Source: Balanoglossus misakiensis (Eukaryota; Animalia; Hemichordata). From it: 64,000 nt of DNA. Of this stretch, positions 1 to 14,000 are shown in pieces. The first letter of the stretch is position 1. Each line of letters begins with the position of its first letter. The notes below the pieces were generated by a model, which made no database searches, was not told the origin of the DNA, and was given only the letters and a program-made list of their open reading frames with translations. The position numbers and the translations under genes are program-made. The DNA lies in contig CM082598.2 in NCBI GenBank assembly GCA_040954595.2, positions 8,571,097-8,635,096 on the forward strand, given 5' to 3'.

Positions 1-692
1 ATAGTATATCGTTGCAACAAAGAAATCTATGAAAAAATTAAAAGTGACAAGTCAATACAATAGTTGCTAGAATTGGTAAAACAAGAAAAGTGGCGAGGGT
101 GGGCGTGGGAGGGGGTCTCCCCCTACCACATAAGAAAATTGTGTAAAATAGGTAGCGCAAAGTTGCATTTTAATGAACTCAAAAGCAAATTATCTCAATG
201 TTTGGGAGGACCAATTTTACTTTTGCCACTCCACTCAAAGTTAGAAGATTTGGCGTCATCCACGTCATGACATCATTTATAAAACTTCTAGTATATAGGA
301 GATGCAGCGCGAAACTATCAGTTATGCGAAATGGTTTAAACGATTATTCTCCCTTATGTATTTACTTTGTTAAATAATATCATCGGTAGCGTTGGGGTGA
401 CAAGCACTCTGCCCTGGTACTCTAGACAAACCAGCAAAAAACGAAATGTGCCGGAGAATGAAGGGGGTGGGTGTGGGTATGAGAAAATTTTGTAAAATAA
501 AGGGTGCGAAACTGCAATTTTGTGGACTCAAAAGCAAAAGTTCAGTGGCAAAAGTATGTGACCCCCCCTTTAAACGTTTAAAAAAAACAGATGACCCCCC
601 CCCCCCCCTTTAGGACTTCAAAATTTAAGTGACCCCCCCCCCCCGTGGATTTTGCCGCCCCCCCCCCCCGGCCGTAAAAACTGAACGGTCCC
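1..692. mobile_element. PIF/Harbinger-like MITE, right part
   Basis: Ends ...gccgtaaaaactgaacggtccc|TTA. The interior is the reverse complement of 37858-38560. Confidence 0.65.
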
Positions 693-700
693 TTACTTGA

Positions 701-1131
701 TCTTTTCGACCGAAATTCGATTTTATCGGGAGAATATCCTATCCCTGTCTACTGACTGGTTATAACCGACTCCGTAAATGACGCGATTGACTTCTTCTAA
801 CGTCCGAACCGCTTGCTTTCGGAAACTTTTGTGTTTACCCATGGAGATAAGCTCGCTGTATTCAATATGGTGATCTCAACAGATAAACACAAGAGAAAAC
901 CAGAAAGCGAGCGGCTCGGAAGATAATTGAATTGCATCATATTTGGAGTAATTTAGGAGGTAGAAGGAGACGGGGAAAAGATTTCCCCGATAAAATCGAA
1001 TTTCGGCCGAAAAGCTGCGGTCCTGATCCGGATCCGGATCACAGCTGTACCCGTTTTGTCTATGGAGCCTTGCAGGGCTGTGGAAGCCATGTATTAAACG
1101 CAGGGACCACGCAGATCTGTACGCAGGGCTA
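701..1131. mobile_element. Non-autonomous DNA element fragment with an internal ~45-bp inverted repeat
   Basis: 701-750 is the imperfect reverse complement of 968-1015. It ends ...ctgtacgcagggcta. Confidence 0.4.
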
Positions 1132-1629
1132 CCTCGACCCAAGTAGTTTAGTTGCTAAATATGGATTTGTGAATGAGCAATGCTTATTTCCTTAAATTCT
1201 TACGAAATCCAACAGTTATGTGTGATACAGACATTAATCTAACAAATCTTATAATAAATCTCGGGTTTCAGATTTACTTGTTAATGCAATTACTTTTTCT
1301 GAGAAAATTTTACAAATAGAAATATTACTGATGATAAACATGGAGACAAAATTTCATTAGAAAAAAATCAAAAGCACTGTCATGTATGTGCCTTTGAAGG
1401 AGACTCAATTTTTTCACAGATATATTTTAATTTGAGTTTAAAACCAAAATATGACAAAATGCATGTTTTCTGCTGTACATCTGCAGGAAAGAGACTAAGA
1501 ATACCTTTATGTATTTTTTTCATTAGAAATTTGTAAAGAATAGGGAATATTTTCATAATTTTCTAATTTTTTCATCAATAATTATGTAAAAAGGAGGTTT
1601 TTCGGAAATTGGAAAATGTTTTTCGTACT

Positions 1630-1740
1630 GTTTACACGAATCTTGGTCGACAACGCCACGCATTCTCGTTGCTTCGCAACTCGTCAAAATACGGACCTCA
1701 CTCGAATACGACGCGTTATCCACCAAAATTCGTCTAATAA
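1630..1740. repeat. Imperfect palindrome, end of a Crypton-like interspersed repeat
   Basis: Hairpin tacacgaatcttggtcgacaacgc...gcgttatccaccaaaattcgtcta. A related half copy lies at 62069-62126. Confidence 0.45.
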
Positions 1741-1785
1741 TTGTTTCATGTATGATTGTAATGAGAATAACGATTTGACCTCCAG

Positions 1786-2050
1786 ATTGCAAGAGCGTTT
1801 ACGGGTGGATGGATCACAGTAGAGCTTACACCTTTTGTGAGCGATTAGGTCTTCGCCTTGTTAAAGATGACAGCGTAAGAAAACACACAGCTATAACAAA
1901 AACTTTAAGAGAACGAAGCCTAGCACTTTCGTGGTTCTGGATAGATGGACACGTAACCGACGACGGAAACAACGTCACGACAAGAGACGGGGAAATTTTA
2001 ACCTACAAGCCAGATATTCACAGGAGATGGGGAAAGTGCGTTACACTGAA
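1786..2050 (+). CDS. Exon: C-type lectin-like domain 1, N-terminal part
   Basis: ccag acceptor and gtgagt donor. Reads AYTFCERLGLRLV...WFWIDG...GKCVTL (CTLD pattern A..C..LG..L and a WIG-like motif). Confidence 0.75.
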
Positions 2051-5000
2051 GTGAGTTGCGGCATGTTACAATTGGCAATGTCTTTAGAAGAACATTATTG
2101 GCAATAGTATGGAAAGCCATAACTGCCTTAAGTGAACTGAACTCATGTTCTCTTGTGCATTTAACATGTTTTCTTGTGCATTTAGCATGTTTTCTTGTGC
2201 ATTTCATATATGGTCCTGTGCATTTACCATGTTTTCTTGTGCATTTCATATATGGTCCTGTGCATTTAACATGTTGTCTTGTGCATTTCAAATATTTTCC
2301 TGTGCATTTAACATGTTGTCTTGTCCATTTTATATTGTCTTGTGCATTTAACATGTTGTCTTGTCCATTTATATACGTTGTCTTGTCCATTTATATACGT
2401 TGTCTTGTGCATTTCTACATGTTGTCGTGTGCCTTTAACATGTTGTCTTGTCCATTTATATACGTTGTCTTGTGCATTTCTACATGTTGTCGTGGGCATT
2501 TATATACGTTGTCTTGTGCATTTCTATATGTTGTCGTGTGCCTTTAACATGTTGTCTTGTCCATTTTATATTGTCTTGTGCATTTAACATGTTGTCTTGT
2601 CCATTTAGCATGTTTTCTTGTGCATTTCATATATGGTCCTGTGCATTTACCATGTTTTCTTGTGCATTTCATATATGGTCTTGTGCATTTAACATGTTGT
2701 CTTGTGCATTTCAAATATTTTCCTGTGCATTTAACATGTTGTCTTGTCCATTTTATATTGTCTTGTGCATTTAACATGTTGTCTTGTCCATTTATATACG
2801 TTGTCTTGTCCATTTATATACGTTGTCTTGTGCATTTCTACATGTTGTCGTGTGCCTTTAACATGTTGTCTTGTCCATTTATATACGTTGTCTTGTGCAT
2901 TTATATACGTTGTGTTGTGCATTTATATACGTTGTCTTGTGCATTTCTATATGTTGTCTTGTGCATTTATATACGTTGTCTTGTGCATTTCTATATGTTT
3001 TCTTGTGCATTTATATACGTTGTCTTGTGCATTTCTATATGTTGTCTTGTGCATTTATATACGTTGTCTTGTGCATTTCTATATGTTGTCTTGTGCATTT
3101 ATATACGCTGTCTTGTGCATTTCTATATGTTGTCTTGTCCATTCATATACGTTGTCTTGTGCATTTGACATGTTGTCCTGTGGTTTTGTACATGATGTGT
3201 GGTGCATTCAACTTCATTAGAAGAAGATCAACTTCATTAGAAGAAGATCAACTTCATTAGAAGAAGATCAAGCTGTTACGCCAGGGGGAGGAGAACATGC
3301 TAATCCGGGTAATGAGTATATCCCCCCTGGCGGAACAGCTGTGTTTCCACAGCTACGGTAACTTCTGTTTCGCACTGGTTCTCAAATCACGCCACACCTA
3401 TAGGGTGCCGTTTGTTACCTTATTATTTAGCCATATTATTAGGGCCCAAGCCCAGCAGGCTTGGGCCCTATTGTTTTTGCTGGTTTTTTTCTTCTACTGT
3501 CTTCTTTTTCTTGTGTAGTTTTTTCGGCCAGCTAGATCTTGAAAATGGCTGAATCTACAAAACTTGGCACAATGGTGCAGGCCTATGAGAGCTGGTGCAG
3601 TACCCTTTCAAATTGGCCTAATTTGCATATGAATGGAGATATGAAAATTCTGTTAAGATACTTTGTGGACCATATGGCCAGGCTGCTACATGCCAAATGT
3701 CAAGACCATAGGCCAAGTAATTTCGAGAAGAAGCTTTTTAAGTATTATTTTTCATATTTTTCGCCCAAGCCATGGACCAATACTTTTCATAGTTAAGCAA
3801 TGACCACATATTATTTTGGATAAATATGCATACATATCTCAAAATCTGTTGGGCCGATCAACTCCAACTTTGGTGTGCAGCTAGCCTAGCATTTGTCAAT
3901 CATTTTAAGCAAAAAAAAAATAATATGAAAAATCGACCGATTTTTTTAGATTAATTTTTTTTATTAAATGTATACCTTTACTTATACCTCTATAGTTAAG
4001 CTATGTCTTAATGTGGAATTCTGGTCTGTGCAATGGTCCTGTACAGTGACTGTCTATTGGCCAATGAGCACAATGGGACCAAAATGAAAGGCAAAATTTT
4101 GGGCTCACCTGTAACACCTGCTTAAGATGGGTCCCCCGGATCATTTTGCCCGTTGCTATAGGCCTTTATAGGACATTACATTCAATTCGCAACCGTTATG
4201 AACGTCTGACAAGGGGCTTGTAACTAGTTAAAAATACGCATGATTGTGTGCACACCCCCTGTCCGAGTATGGTTACGGCAGCTACCGCCCGGCCATAGGC
4301 CGCCACGCTAATACGGCAAAGCAGCGGTCAGCGATAGCGTGCGCGTCCTGTAACCACAGTAACTGGATCGAACGCTAAAAATCCAATGTTTTGTAAACAG
4401 AGATTTTGTACCGTTCACGAAAATCCCTAAGGCTTTTTTCACAGGCGACGTAGGCCAGCCAAATTTGACCTGCTTGTTGAGAACGCACTTCCGCACAGTG
4501 TGACAGATCGTTTTTTCGGTTTTCGTCGTGCTAAGAAGCGATACCAGTGGAAGAGTGCGTCCAAAAACACCCAAAATCGATGACTTTTTCAGGTGTGGTA
4601 CGGGTATGCTGAAATCGTAGGATACAACGATAATACTTGAAAACAAAATCCGTCACGATCTTCCCTGGTTAAAGCAACTAATGAATACGTATCAAGTTCG
4701 TTTTTGAGGTCACGGAATAAATAGTCTTAGGCTTTTGAAATTTGACCTAGCTAATTTGCATATCAATGGCGTCAGGGGGCGTGCGCTCACAATCATGCAG
4801 ATTTTCAACTAGTTACCAGCCCCTTGTTAGACTCTGAAAACGGCTTAGTCCAAATCGGGGTGTAATGTCCTGCAAAGGCCCATAGCAACGGGCAAAAAGA
4901 TCCGGGGGACCCATCTTAACTCATTAATTATGTGCATACCTAATTCCGGGCTAACTAATAGGGCTAGAGGTTTTGTTCTTGTGGGACATGGACCAGTATA

Positions 5001-8000
5001 GGGTCAAAAAAATGTGCCCAAATTTTGGGTGACCTTAGGTGACCTTTGACCTACTTACCTATATCTCGGCATCCAGATCAGGTACATACTTGCCGTTTGG
5101 AGGGTTGGGACTAAAATTGAAAAGCCAAAATTGGGGGTCACCTGTGACACCTGCTTATCTCATTAATTATGTACATACCTAATTCCAAGCTAACCAATAG
5201 GGCTAGAGGTTTGACTTTTGTTGAACATGGACCAGTATAGGGTCAAAAAATTTTGCCCAAATTTTGAGTGACCTCAGGTGACCTTTGACCTACTTTACCA
5301 TATCTCGGCATCCAGAGTAGATACAGCCTTGGCATTACGAGGGAATGAACTGCTAATGGAGCCTTACACTGTACCTCATTAATTATGCATATACCTAATT
5401 CTAGGAAAACCAATAAGGCTAGAGGTCTGGTTTTTGTTGGACCTGGACTAGTATGGGATGGTTCAAACTTTTTGCCCAAATTTCGGGTGACCTCAGATGA
5501 CTTTTGATGTTAATATGACATAAATGCGAATTACTACATAAATTAACAGCCATCTGACTTTATATTTGGCGAAAATAAGTACACACCTGTACTGCTTACC
5601 CCTATGTTACTATGTGCTCTTTTGGCTTGGGCCCGCTATTGCTGATTTGCAGCTATATTTTATTCAAAATTCGTTATTTAACATACTTATATGTTTATAA
5701 CTGTAGATTTGCAAACCATTTAAGTAAATTAATCATAAATAACTGATTTCTAAACCATGAAAAAACACACTCGTGCCGTTTGTTACCTTATTATTTAGTA
5801 GCATTTCATTATTTATGCCTGTTCACACAACCCCTTGAATTCGGATCATTGCGAATCTCGCATAATAAGTCCCTACATCACGCGAACAAGAAATGCATAT
5901 TACGTACAGCCATTTTATTTTTTTTATGCACCTTTCACATGTTAGATGAAACACCAAAAAAGGTACAAACTAGTCAGTGATCTTAGCCTGTGATTTCAAT
6001 GTTTGTTTGAAAAGGAGAAAAGCTGATCGAATGCCCCACATTCTGGCTTCAAGGTCAAAGGTTGGCCGATCATTGGGGTCACGCATCACAAGAACATTAA
6101 CATCAAGCTTTGTTTATTAATTCACGATTATAAAATATATAACGTTGACCTATAACATTATAAAAATGTTTATAAATAATTTATTATATATAGATAAAAG
6201 TGCATAAAATATATTTTTTATACATAATTGAGTCGACTTTTGGTTTGCAAATCTACATATAAGGATGTTAAATAACGACTTTTGAATAAATAATCTGGCT
6301 AAATAATAAGGTAACAAACGGCACCCTATAGGTGTGGCGTGATTTGAGAACCAGTACGAAACAGAAGTTACCGTAGCTGTGGAAACACAGCTGTTCCGCC
6401 AGCGGGGATATGCTCATTACCCGGATTAGCATGTTCTCCTCCCCCTGGCGGAACAGCTTGATCTTCTCCTAATGAAGTTGATCTTCTTCTAATGAAGTTG
6501 AATGCACCACACGACATGTACAAAACCACAGGACAACATGTCAAATGCACAAGACAACATATATAAATGCACAAGACAACATATATAAATGCACAGGACA
6601 ACATATATAAATGCACACGACAACGTATATAAATACACAAGACAACGTATATAAATACACAAGACAACGTATATAAATGCACAAGACAACATATATAAAT
6701 GCACAAGTCAACATATATAAATGCACAGGACAACGTATATAAATACACAAGACAACGTATATGAATGCAAAAGACAACATATATAAATGGACAAGACAAC
6801 ATCTTAAATGCACAAGACAATATAAAATGGACAAGACAACATGTTAAATGCACAGAAAAATATTTGAAATGCACAAGACAACATGTTAAATGCACAGAAC
6901 CATATATGAAATGACAAGAAAACATGTTAAATGCACAGAACCATATATGAAATGCACAAGAAAACATGTTAAATGCACAAGAGAACATGAGTTCAGTTCA
7001 CTTAAGGATGTACGTTCAGTAAAATTGAAAGTATTGTCATTTTTTTTAATTGTGGATTTTTGGATTCTCCTTTGTATGTATAATGAAAATCCGTAATAAA
7101 ATATAGGGGTCACCGCGCTTGTTTTTGAAATACAGAGCCATGAATTTAGCCGATAATAGAAGAAAACTGATGACCCAGCATTTTTCACCAATGGTTTGTC
7201 TATGGGCAAAATTTTTGACGCAATTTATCTCAAAATAGAGCGCGGTGACCCCTATATTTTATTTGACCAATGAATTTATATTTGCTGGATTGAGCTATGT
7301 GTAAAATTTCGTGAAAATGACAATAGTAGAAGTTTGTTTTCTAGCAATTTTCAATGTAATCCTATGGGAAAAAGACCGGGCGCGCACTGTTTCCGGTTTA
7401 TGTTCTGCGCGTACATCCTTAAGGCAGTTATGGCTTTCCATACAATAGCACACCCATATACCTCGATTATATCGGATATTTCAATCTGCAGCTTTGAGAT
7501 ATGTCCAGTTTCATCTCATCGTTACCTTTGAACACCAAACTTTCTCTGCAAAATGTGGTACATTTACCCCATTTGTCTTACTTTTATCAAAAATGTTATA
7601 CCAGGTTCACCTAATTCTCAATTACCGCTAGGTCTTAATCAAATTATGGGGAACATGTAGAAAACGTTTCTATATAAAGTTTGAGAAATATACCGGTTGA
7701 CTGGCATTAAGGGGTCAAACTTATATATACTTTCACAACTTTCTTATTCACAGAAATAAAGGTTGGCAATATCTTAAATGTTGGCATACAATTTTAGTTT
7801 TATGTGAAAATGCAAGTAAGTTATACTTCAATGAAGTTCTTACTAAGGCTGCATTCACAAACACCTCTGGAGGGGGGCAGGAGAATTGAGAGGGGATTTG
7901 AAAAAAAATTGAGGGTATGTAAGGGGGGATTTGAAATAATTTAGGGACTGAAAGGGGGGACTTGAAAACTTTGAGGACTAAATATTTATTTTGAGTCCAC

Positions 8001-11000
8001 AAAAATGCAGTTTTGCACCCTTCATAATACAAATTTTCTTTCTTTCTCCATTTTTCACACCCACCCCGTCATTCGTCAACACATTTCAATCATTGACTGG
8101 TTTATCTAGTGTCCCAGGTCAGGGGACTTGCCCCCCCCCCCCCTCCACCCCATACTAACTTTGAGCTTGGAAGGTTAAATGTGTCCTCCCCAACATACCA
8201 GTAGTTGAGTTAAATTTGCTTTTGGGTTCATTAAAATGCAGCTTTGAGCTCTGTATTTTATAACATTTTCTTACGCGGGAGAGGGACACCCCCTCCCACA
8301 CCCACCCCCTTCACTTCTGGGTTTGCAATGTCTGCCAACACAGAATACAAATACTTAAAAAATATAAACAATGTTCAGTTTTAATACCCACTGATGACGG
8401 AAAACATCAGTTTCAAATTCTTTTCATGGGAGCGCTGTTTTTCTTTTTTACAAGATAGATAGGTGATGTGTTTTGCTGTGTGAAAGAAAATGGGGGGGGG
8501 ATTCAAATTTATAGCAGTTCGGAAGGGGGGATTTGAAAATATTTCGGGTTGTGCACGGGGGGCATGTGAAAATTAACGGTAAAAAAATTGAATTCTTCCC
8601 CCCCCCCCTCCAGAGGTGTTTGTGAATGCAGCCTAACTTGGTTTCATATTTTTATTTTGCATTCTATAACATTTTGTCTCTCTACTCTCGTGATTCAGTA
8701 TCACGGGAGTGATGCCGTAGCCTCTTTGCTCATGTGTCATACTCGAGCTTATGTCGCCACCTTTTCTGTCTGTCTGTTTTAGTGTTTGTGCGAGTGTCTG
8801 TCTGTCTGTGCGCACGATATTTCAAATACGGCTTCGATCAGCTTTAGAACACATGTTCTATATACAAAACATATTAGTTTTTGGTGTGTGCGACTTGCAA
8901 ATACTCCAGTTATGAATAAAAATAGAAAAAAAGATAACTTGACGAGAGCGCTATAACTTATTTTGTTGGCGGACGTGACAAACGTAATGTGAACGCGGAA
9001 GCATTGACGCACTTGCACAAACAGAGATTTGCCTGATGTTCGAGCGGTACGCGATTACTTCTGAGCATGATTGAGAGAAAACAAAACCAAAGGAGGTAGA
9101 GAAGTTTTATGTATTGTCATTTCGGGCAGCTTAACAGCCAAGATGGCGGCAGTGACATAGCAATATCGCCAGCGATATCGCTGAACTGTGTTTTGGTAGC
9201 CCTAATTCAATCAGAACTCACCTAGGCATTGGAACCCATTCATTGGCTAAATTTAGTTCACAACTCTCATCAGATTGTGCAATTGTTACATCTCCTTGTA
9301 CAGCTTTATTCAGGTTAGGTTATGCTCATTGCACAAAAAGACCAACACAAGATTAAATATAACATATCCGGTATGCTGTTATTTCAACAGTGTCATTGAT
9401 TTTTGTGAAGGTAAATACCTTGTAAGGTGTATGATATTGTTATGTTTAGCCGGTTTGCTCAGGAATTTCTATATAGGGTAAATCAGACAGCCGGGGACGA
9501 CACTGCCTTGTGAAATAAACAGCAACGATTTAATGCTCCCCACTCAATACAAAACTGCTTGGAGGGAGGCAGCAGATGACGGTGTGTTGTACGATGGCAC
9601 TAAAACACTGTTTGTTATGTCTTTAGACCTGTTTTCCTCTGAGTCTATTGATCGATTGTGTAAAAGGCAGCCATGTTTGTCCGGTCTCTGCCAGCCTACC
9701 CATAATTCCAGAGTTTATACATGCAAGTAACTTGGTGCCCCAGCGCCATCTATGGCAAAGCCTGACTAATCTTTCTTTTATATGTGTTGATAAGCAATAT
9801 CTTCAATGGTCTACACGGTCCGCATCACACTGCCCCCTCCTTAAAAAGAGATAACATTACAACAAGCAACTAGAAACAGTAGAACAAGTAGTATATTATA
9901 TCATGCTACCATCCGCAATTCTGATTGGACGAGAGCTAAATCCAGCGATGCTAAAATACTCAATAATGCACTGCTGGCAGTGCTAAAACGGGCCCCTGAA
10001 CTAGCATGCGGCAGCAAAAATGTGCAGTTAAACCACAGTCGCGCGTGTTTAAACCAAATAAATAAAACAAAAAAAACTGTTAAATTAACGGACGTTTTAT
10101 TTTTGAACTGCTCTGTGGAAATATTTGTCACTTTGCCACGCGCGATGCCCGTCTTGTCACTTTTTGTCATCTGCTTCATGTTTAATGCTCGCTCTCGGCC
10201 GCTCTTGTTTACATTCATTGTCGCCATGTTAGTTCACGATCGTAATTTCTCTTTCTGACGCCGTTTCGGTAAGTAAATGACACTGATATGCCACAAAAAC
10301 AATTGTTGATATATTATAATAGCAATAACCCCCACCTCAGTCGGGTATACACTCAATTTTGGTACAATTCGCTCCATATAGCACAAGCCGTCAGGCGAGT
10401 GCTATATGTCTTGAATTGTACCCAAATCACGCGTATACCTGCCTGCGGCGGGGGTTATTGCTTAAATAAACAAGGAAACTCTGGTAGGTCCAAAAAATTT
10501 TCAACAAGGCAAATACCGCCTGATCAGGCATGTCCTTTACAGCTCCTCAATGAGACATCTTGGAGGTTTCTGTGGTCTTCTACTTCGACTCATGCCTTTG
10601 GTGCTCATAGCACTCCCATCTGCTTCCAAGGCATGGGCAAGTTTTGAGTCCTCTTCAACGGACACATCAATGCCAGAATCCTTCAAGGCGTTGTTACCAT
10701 CTGGTTGCAGATGTGCAGTTGTGGGCCCATCCGGTGTGGTCTCTGAAATGCTGCCACTAATATCAGCTTCGTCAGCAGACAATTCCTCCATGCAGACATG
10801 ACGTCCTCTGCTTTCCCTAGGCTGTAGCCAGTCAGCTCTCCAGACACCTGTGTACTTCCACAGTTGGTCCCTATGGACGATCTTGGGTTTGGCATGAGGC
10901 CCTCTCTGGATTCTATACACAAGATCGTTTATGCAGTCAACAACACCATATGGGCCTTCCCATGGGTTTGAGAGCTTCGGCGAAAGGCCTTTCTTACGCT

Positions 11001-14000
11001 GTGCGTTATATAACCAGACACCGTCGCCTCGTCGAAGCTTTGGCTGCCCTGCCCTGGTTTCATATCGCCACTTCACTCTGTCACTGCTCCTCTTAATCTT
11101 GTCTCTGGCAAATGAGTGAACATTGTGCATTCGGTCTTGCAATACTCCGACATACACACTATGAGACTCAGTTTCCTCCTCTTGGCGACCATATACCAGA
11201 TCTACTGGAAGTTTCATCTCCCTCCCCAGCATAATCATGGACGAGGTGAAACCGGTAGTCTCATGAACTGCAGTTCTGTAGCTCATCAGGAGGAGAGGCA
11301 GATGTTCATCCCAAGTTTCCTGGTGGTCCTCGACAAATATCGCTAACTGATTCTCAATGGTCCTGTTGTAACGTTCCACCATTCTGTGTGACAGGGGGTG
11401 CAGTGGGGTCGTCCTCGTCTTTTGTATACCAAGAAGCCTGCACATTTGCTGCCGCGAAGTTTCGGTCTTGGTTAGAGTGTAATTCCAGAGGAACACCAAA
11501 ACGACTCACAAACTCAACTACCTTCTTCGCTACTGTAACTGCTTCCTGATTTGTTATCACAAACGCCTCTGGCCACTTGCTGAAGAAGTCCATGGCGATG
11601 AGAATGGACCGATTCCCTCTTGGCGTCTCAGGAAGGAGACCAAGGACATCGACGGCCAACCTTTCCATGGGCGCACCCACGTTGTATATGCCGAGTGGCG
11701 CGTGCTTCTTATGATATGGTCCTTTCCGTCTGGCGCACTGCTCACACTCGTTGCACCAAAATTCCACAGACTGTCGACACCCTACCCAGTAAAATCTATC
11801 TCTCACGCGAGCCAACATCTTCTTGACAGACCAATGCCCCCTGTAGGGGTATTGAGCAACTGCTCAAGAACTTCTTGCTGTGTGGCTTTGGGCAGTATCA
11901 GTTGTCTCTTGATAATACCACCCTCTGGCTTCTACCATCGGCGATAGAGTACACCATGGGATAGTTCAAGAGAATCACATTGCGACCAGTATGCTTTGGT
12001 GGCGGGGCCATATGGAGACACTGCACTCCATTTGGGACGCTCTCTTGAGTTATCCATCCACAACATGATCGGCCTGATATCAGGATCCTCTAACTGGGCC
12101 TCACAAAGGTCTGATTTCTTCTCCTTGTCAGCATCATGAGACTCATGTTTCGGTTCTACCTACCTGGCTACAGGGCTCCCACCCCCACCTCACTGTTTCT
12201 CAGGCAGCTGTCTCAGCGACCTCACATTCTGTTGTTCACATCCTTCTTGCCTATCACAATATGTGCATGAGTTTCCACAGGGTCTGCAAGACAGGCCGTC
12301 AGCATTGAGATGGCTCCGTCATGCCCTATGCTAGATAAGGAAGTAATACTCCTGGAGTTTCTGGAGCCATCTAGCTGTCTGTTCCTCTAGGCTGCGAAAC
12401 TTCATAAGCCATTGTAGCGCTGAGTGGTCTGTTCTCACAGTAAACCTTCTGCCATAGAGATAGTGGTGGAAATTGTCGACCGCCTCAACCACAGCCAGTA
12501 GTTCTTTGCGAGTATCACAGTATCGCTGCTCAGGCCCATGCAGCACACTGCTGTAGACAGCACACGTTCTTCTCCATCCTGTTGTCGTTGGGAGAGGACT
12601 GCCCCTATTTCACCCTCACTGGCATCCGTGTCAACAATCAGGGGTCCATCCGGCTTTGGAAAACCAAGAACTGGAGCGGACGTCAAATTCTGCTTCAAGA
12701 CATTAAATGCTTCTCGCAATCCGCAGTCCAAGAAAACCTGTGACCCTTCTCTGTGAGTCGATGCAGTGGTCCAGCTATTTCAGAAAACGATGCCACAAAC
12801 CTGCGGTAATATGAACAAAACCCAAGGAATGCTCGGACTTCCTTAACATTGGATGGAGTTAGCCATGTGGACACTGCCTCTGTCTTCTCCGCATCAGTCG
12901 CCACACCAGCTTCGCTTACAACATGTCCTAGGAAAGCCACTTGACGTCTGAACAGCTCATACTTCTTGGGACTGAGCTTCAGCCTAGCTTTCCGCAAACG
13001 GTCTATGACCTGTTTCAAGTGACTCATCTCCTCATCGAAGCTCTCCCCGTGCACGATGATGTCATCGAGATAGACCAAAACCACAGTCCATGGCAGACCT
13101 CTCAGTACCTGCTCCATCGGCCTCTCAAATGTGGCAGGTGCGTTACATAATCCGAAAGGCATCACAACAAACTGTCACAAACCACTTCCTGTGGTAAAAC
13201 TTGTCGTCTCCCGGTCTTCCTTAGCCACTTCGACCTGCCATCCGCTCTTAAGATCCAGGGTGGAAATCCACGAGGAGCCTGCTAGAGAATCAAGAGCTGT
13301 GTAAATTCTGGGCAGTGGGTATGAGTCCTTCTGGGTAACGTCGTTTAACCTCCTGTAGTCCACACAGAAACGCGTTGATCCGTCTTTCTTTCTAACCAAT
13401 GTGATAGGCGATGCCCACGGGCTCTTTGACAGCTCCATAACTCCCTCTGCATACATCTTTCAATCTCTGACAAGGCTTCAGCTTGTTTCACAGGCGGCAG
13501 TCTCCTTGGCCGTTGTCTGATAGGTGCTGCGTTTCCTTTGTGCATTGTGTGCTCAACGATATCCGTTCTGCCGAGGTCCTTACTGCCCTTGGAGAACACA
13601 TCCTGAAATTCTATCAGGAACTTCCTCAAAGAATCACATTGTTCTCGAGAAAGTCCATCGCAGCTTCTGTGATATAGATCCTGTAAATAGTCTGGCATCC
13701 TAGATTGGTTCCTGTCAGCAAAGGGGTCCTCCACCGGCACAGACCCTCCATCTGGTGCCTCCACACTGCAGACAGACTCAACAGATCCCAATTTATTGCC
13801 TTTCCTCAGTGTTCTCCTTTGCTGAGTTACATTCATCAGCCGCACTGGAACGCAATCACCACTGGTATCAACCAGAGTCTTCCCAACAACAACACCGTTA
13901 CAGCTGGAACTCTTCCCAGGTTCTGCCAATCCCCAGCCATTGCGCCGCTTATGTCCTGTCATTCGGCCTTGTATGATTGCCTCGCTCATAGGTGGAATAG

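Larger units (their letters stand above)
2105..7445. mobile_element. Foldback-type element with long minisatellite-bearing inverted arms (possibly a non-autonomous Academ)
   Basis: The left arm (2105-3439 + 5660-5718) is the reverse complement of the right arm (6241-7005 + 7419-7445). The spacer is about 520 bp. The left terminus reads TAGTATGGAAAGCCATA. Confidence 0.8.

Noticed and set aside
932-1195. Possible upstream exon or signal peptide of the host gene
   Set aside because: It falls within an inverted-repeat element and has no hydrophobic signal sequence.
2145-3190. CRISPR-like regular repeats
   Set aside because: The units are contiguous with no unique spacers, the context is eukaryotic, and there are no cas genes.
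1998-3260. Many Cys/Tyr/Val-rich ORFs in several frames (also 6368-7209)
   Set aside because: They are translations of the minisatellite, with no splice or domain evidence.
9304-9410. Candidate CTLD end exon (...VIDFCE|gt)
   Set aside because: Exon 7754-7815 fits the CTLD pattern (W....C......CE) and splice consensus much better.
9640-9730. EGF-like peptide CKRQPCLSGLCQPTHNSRVYTCK*
   Set aside because: It lies inside the inferred Gypsy LTR, has only four Cys before a stop, and does not fit the exon phases. It is probably chance.
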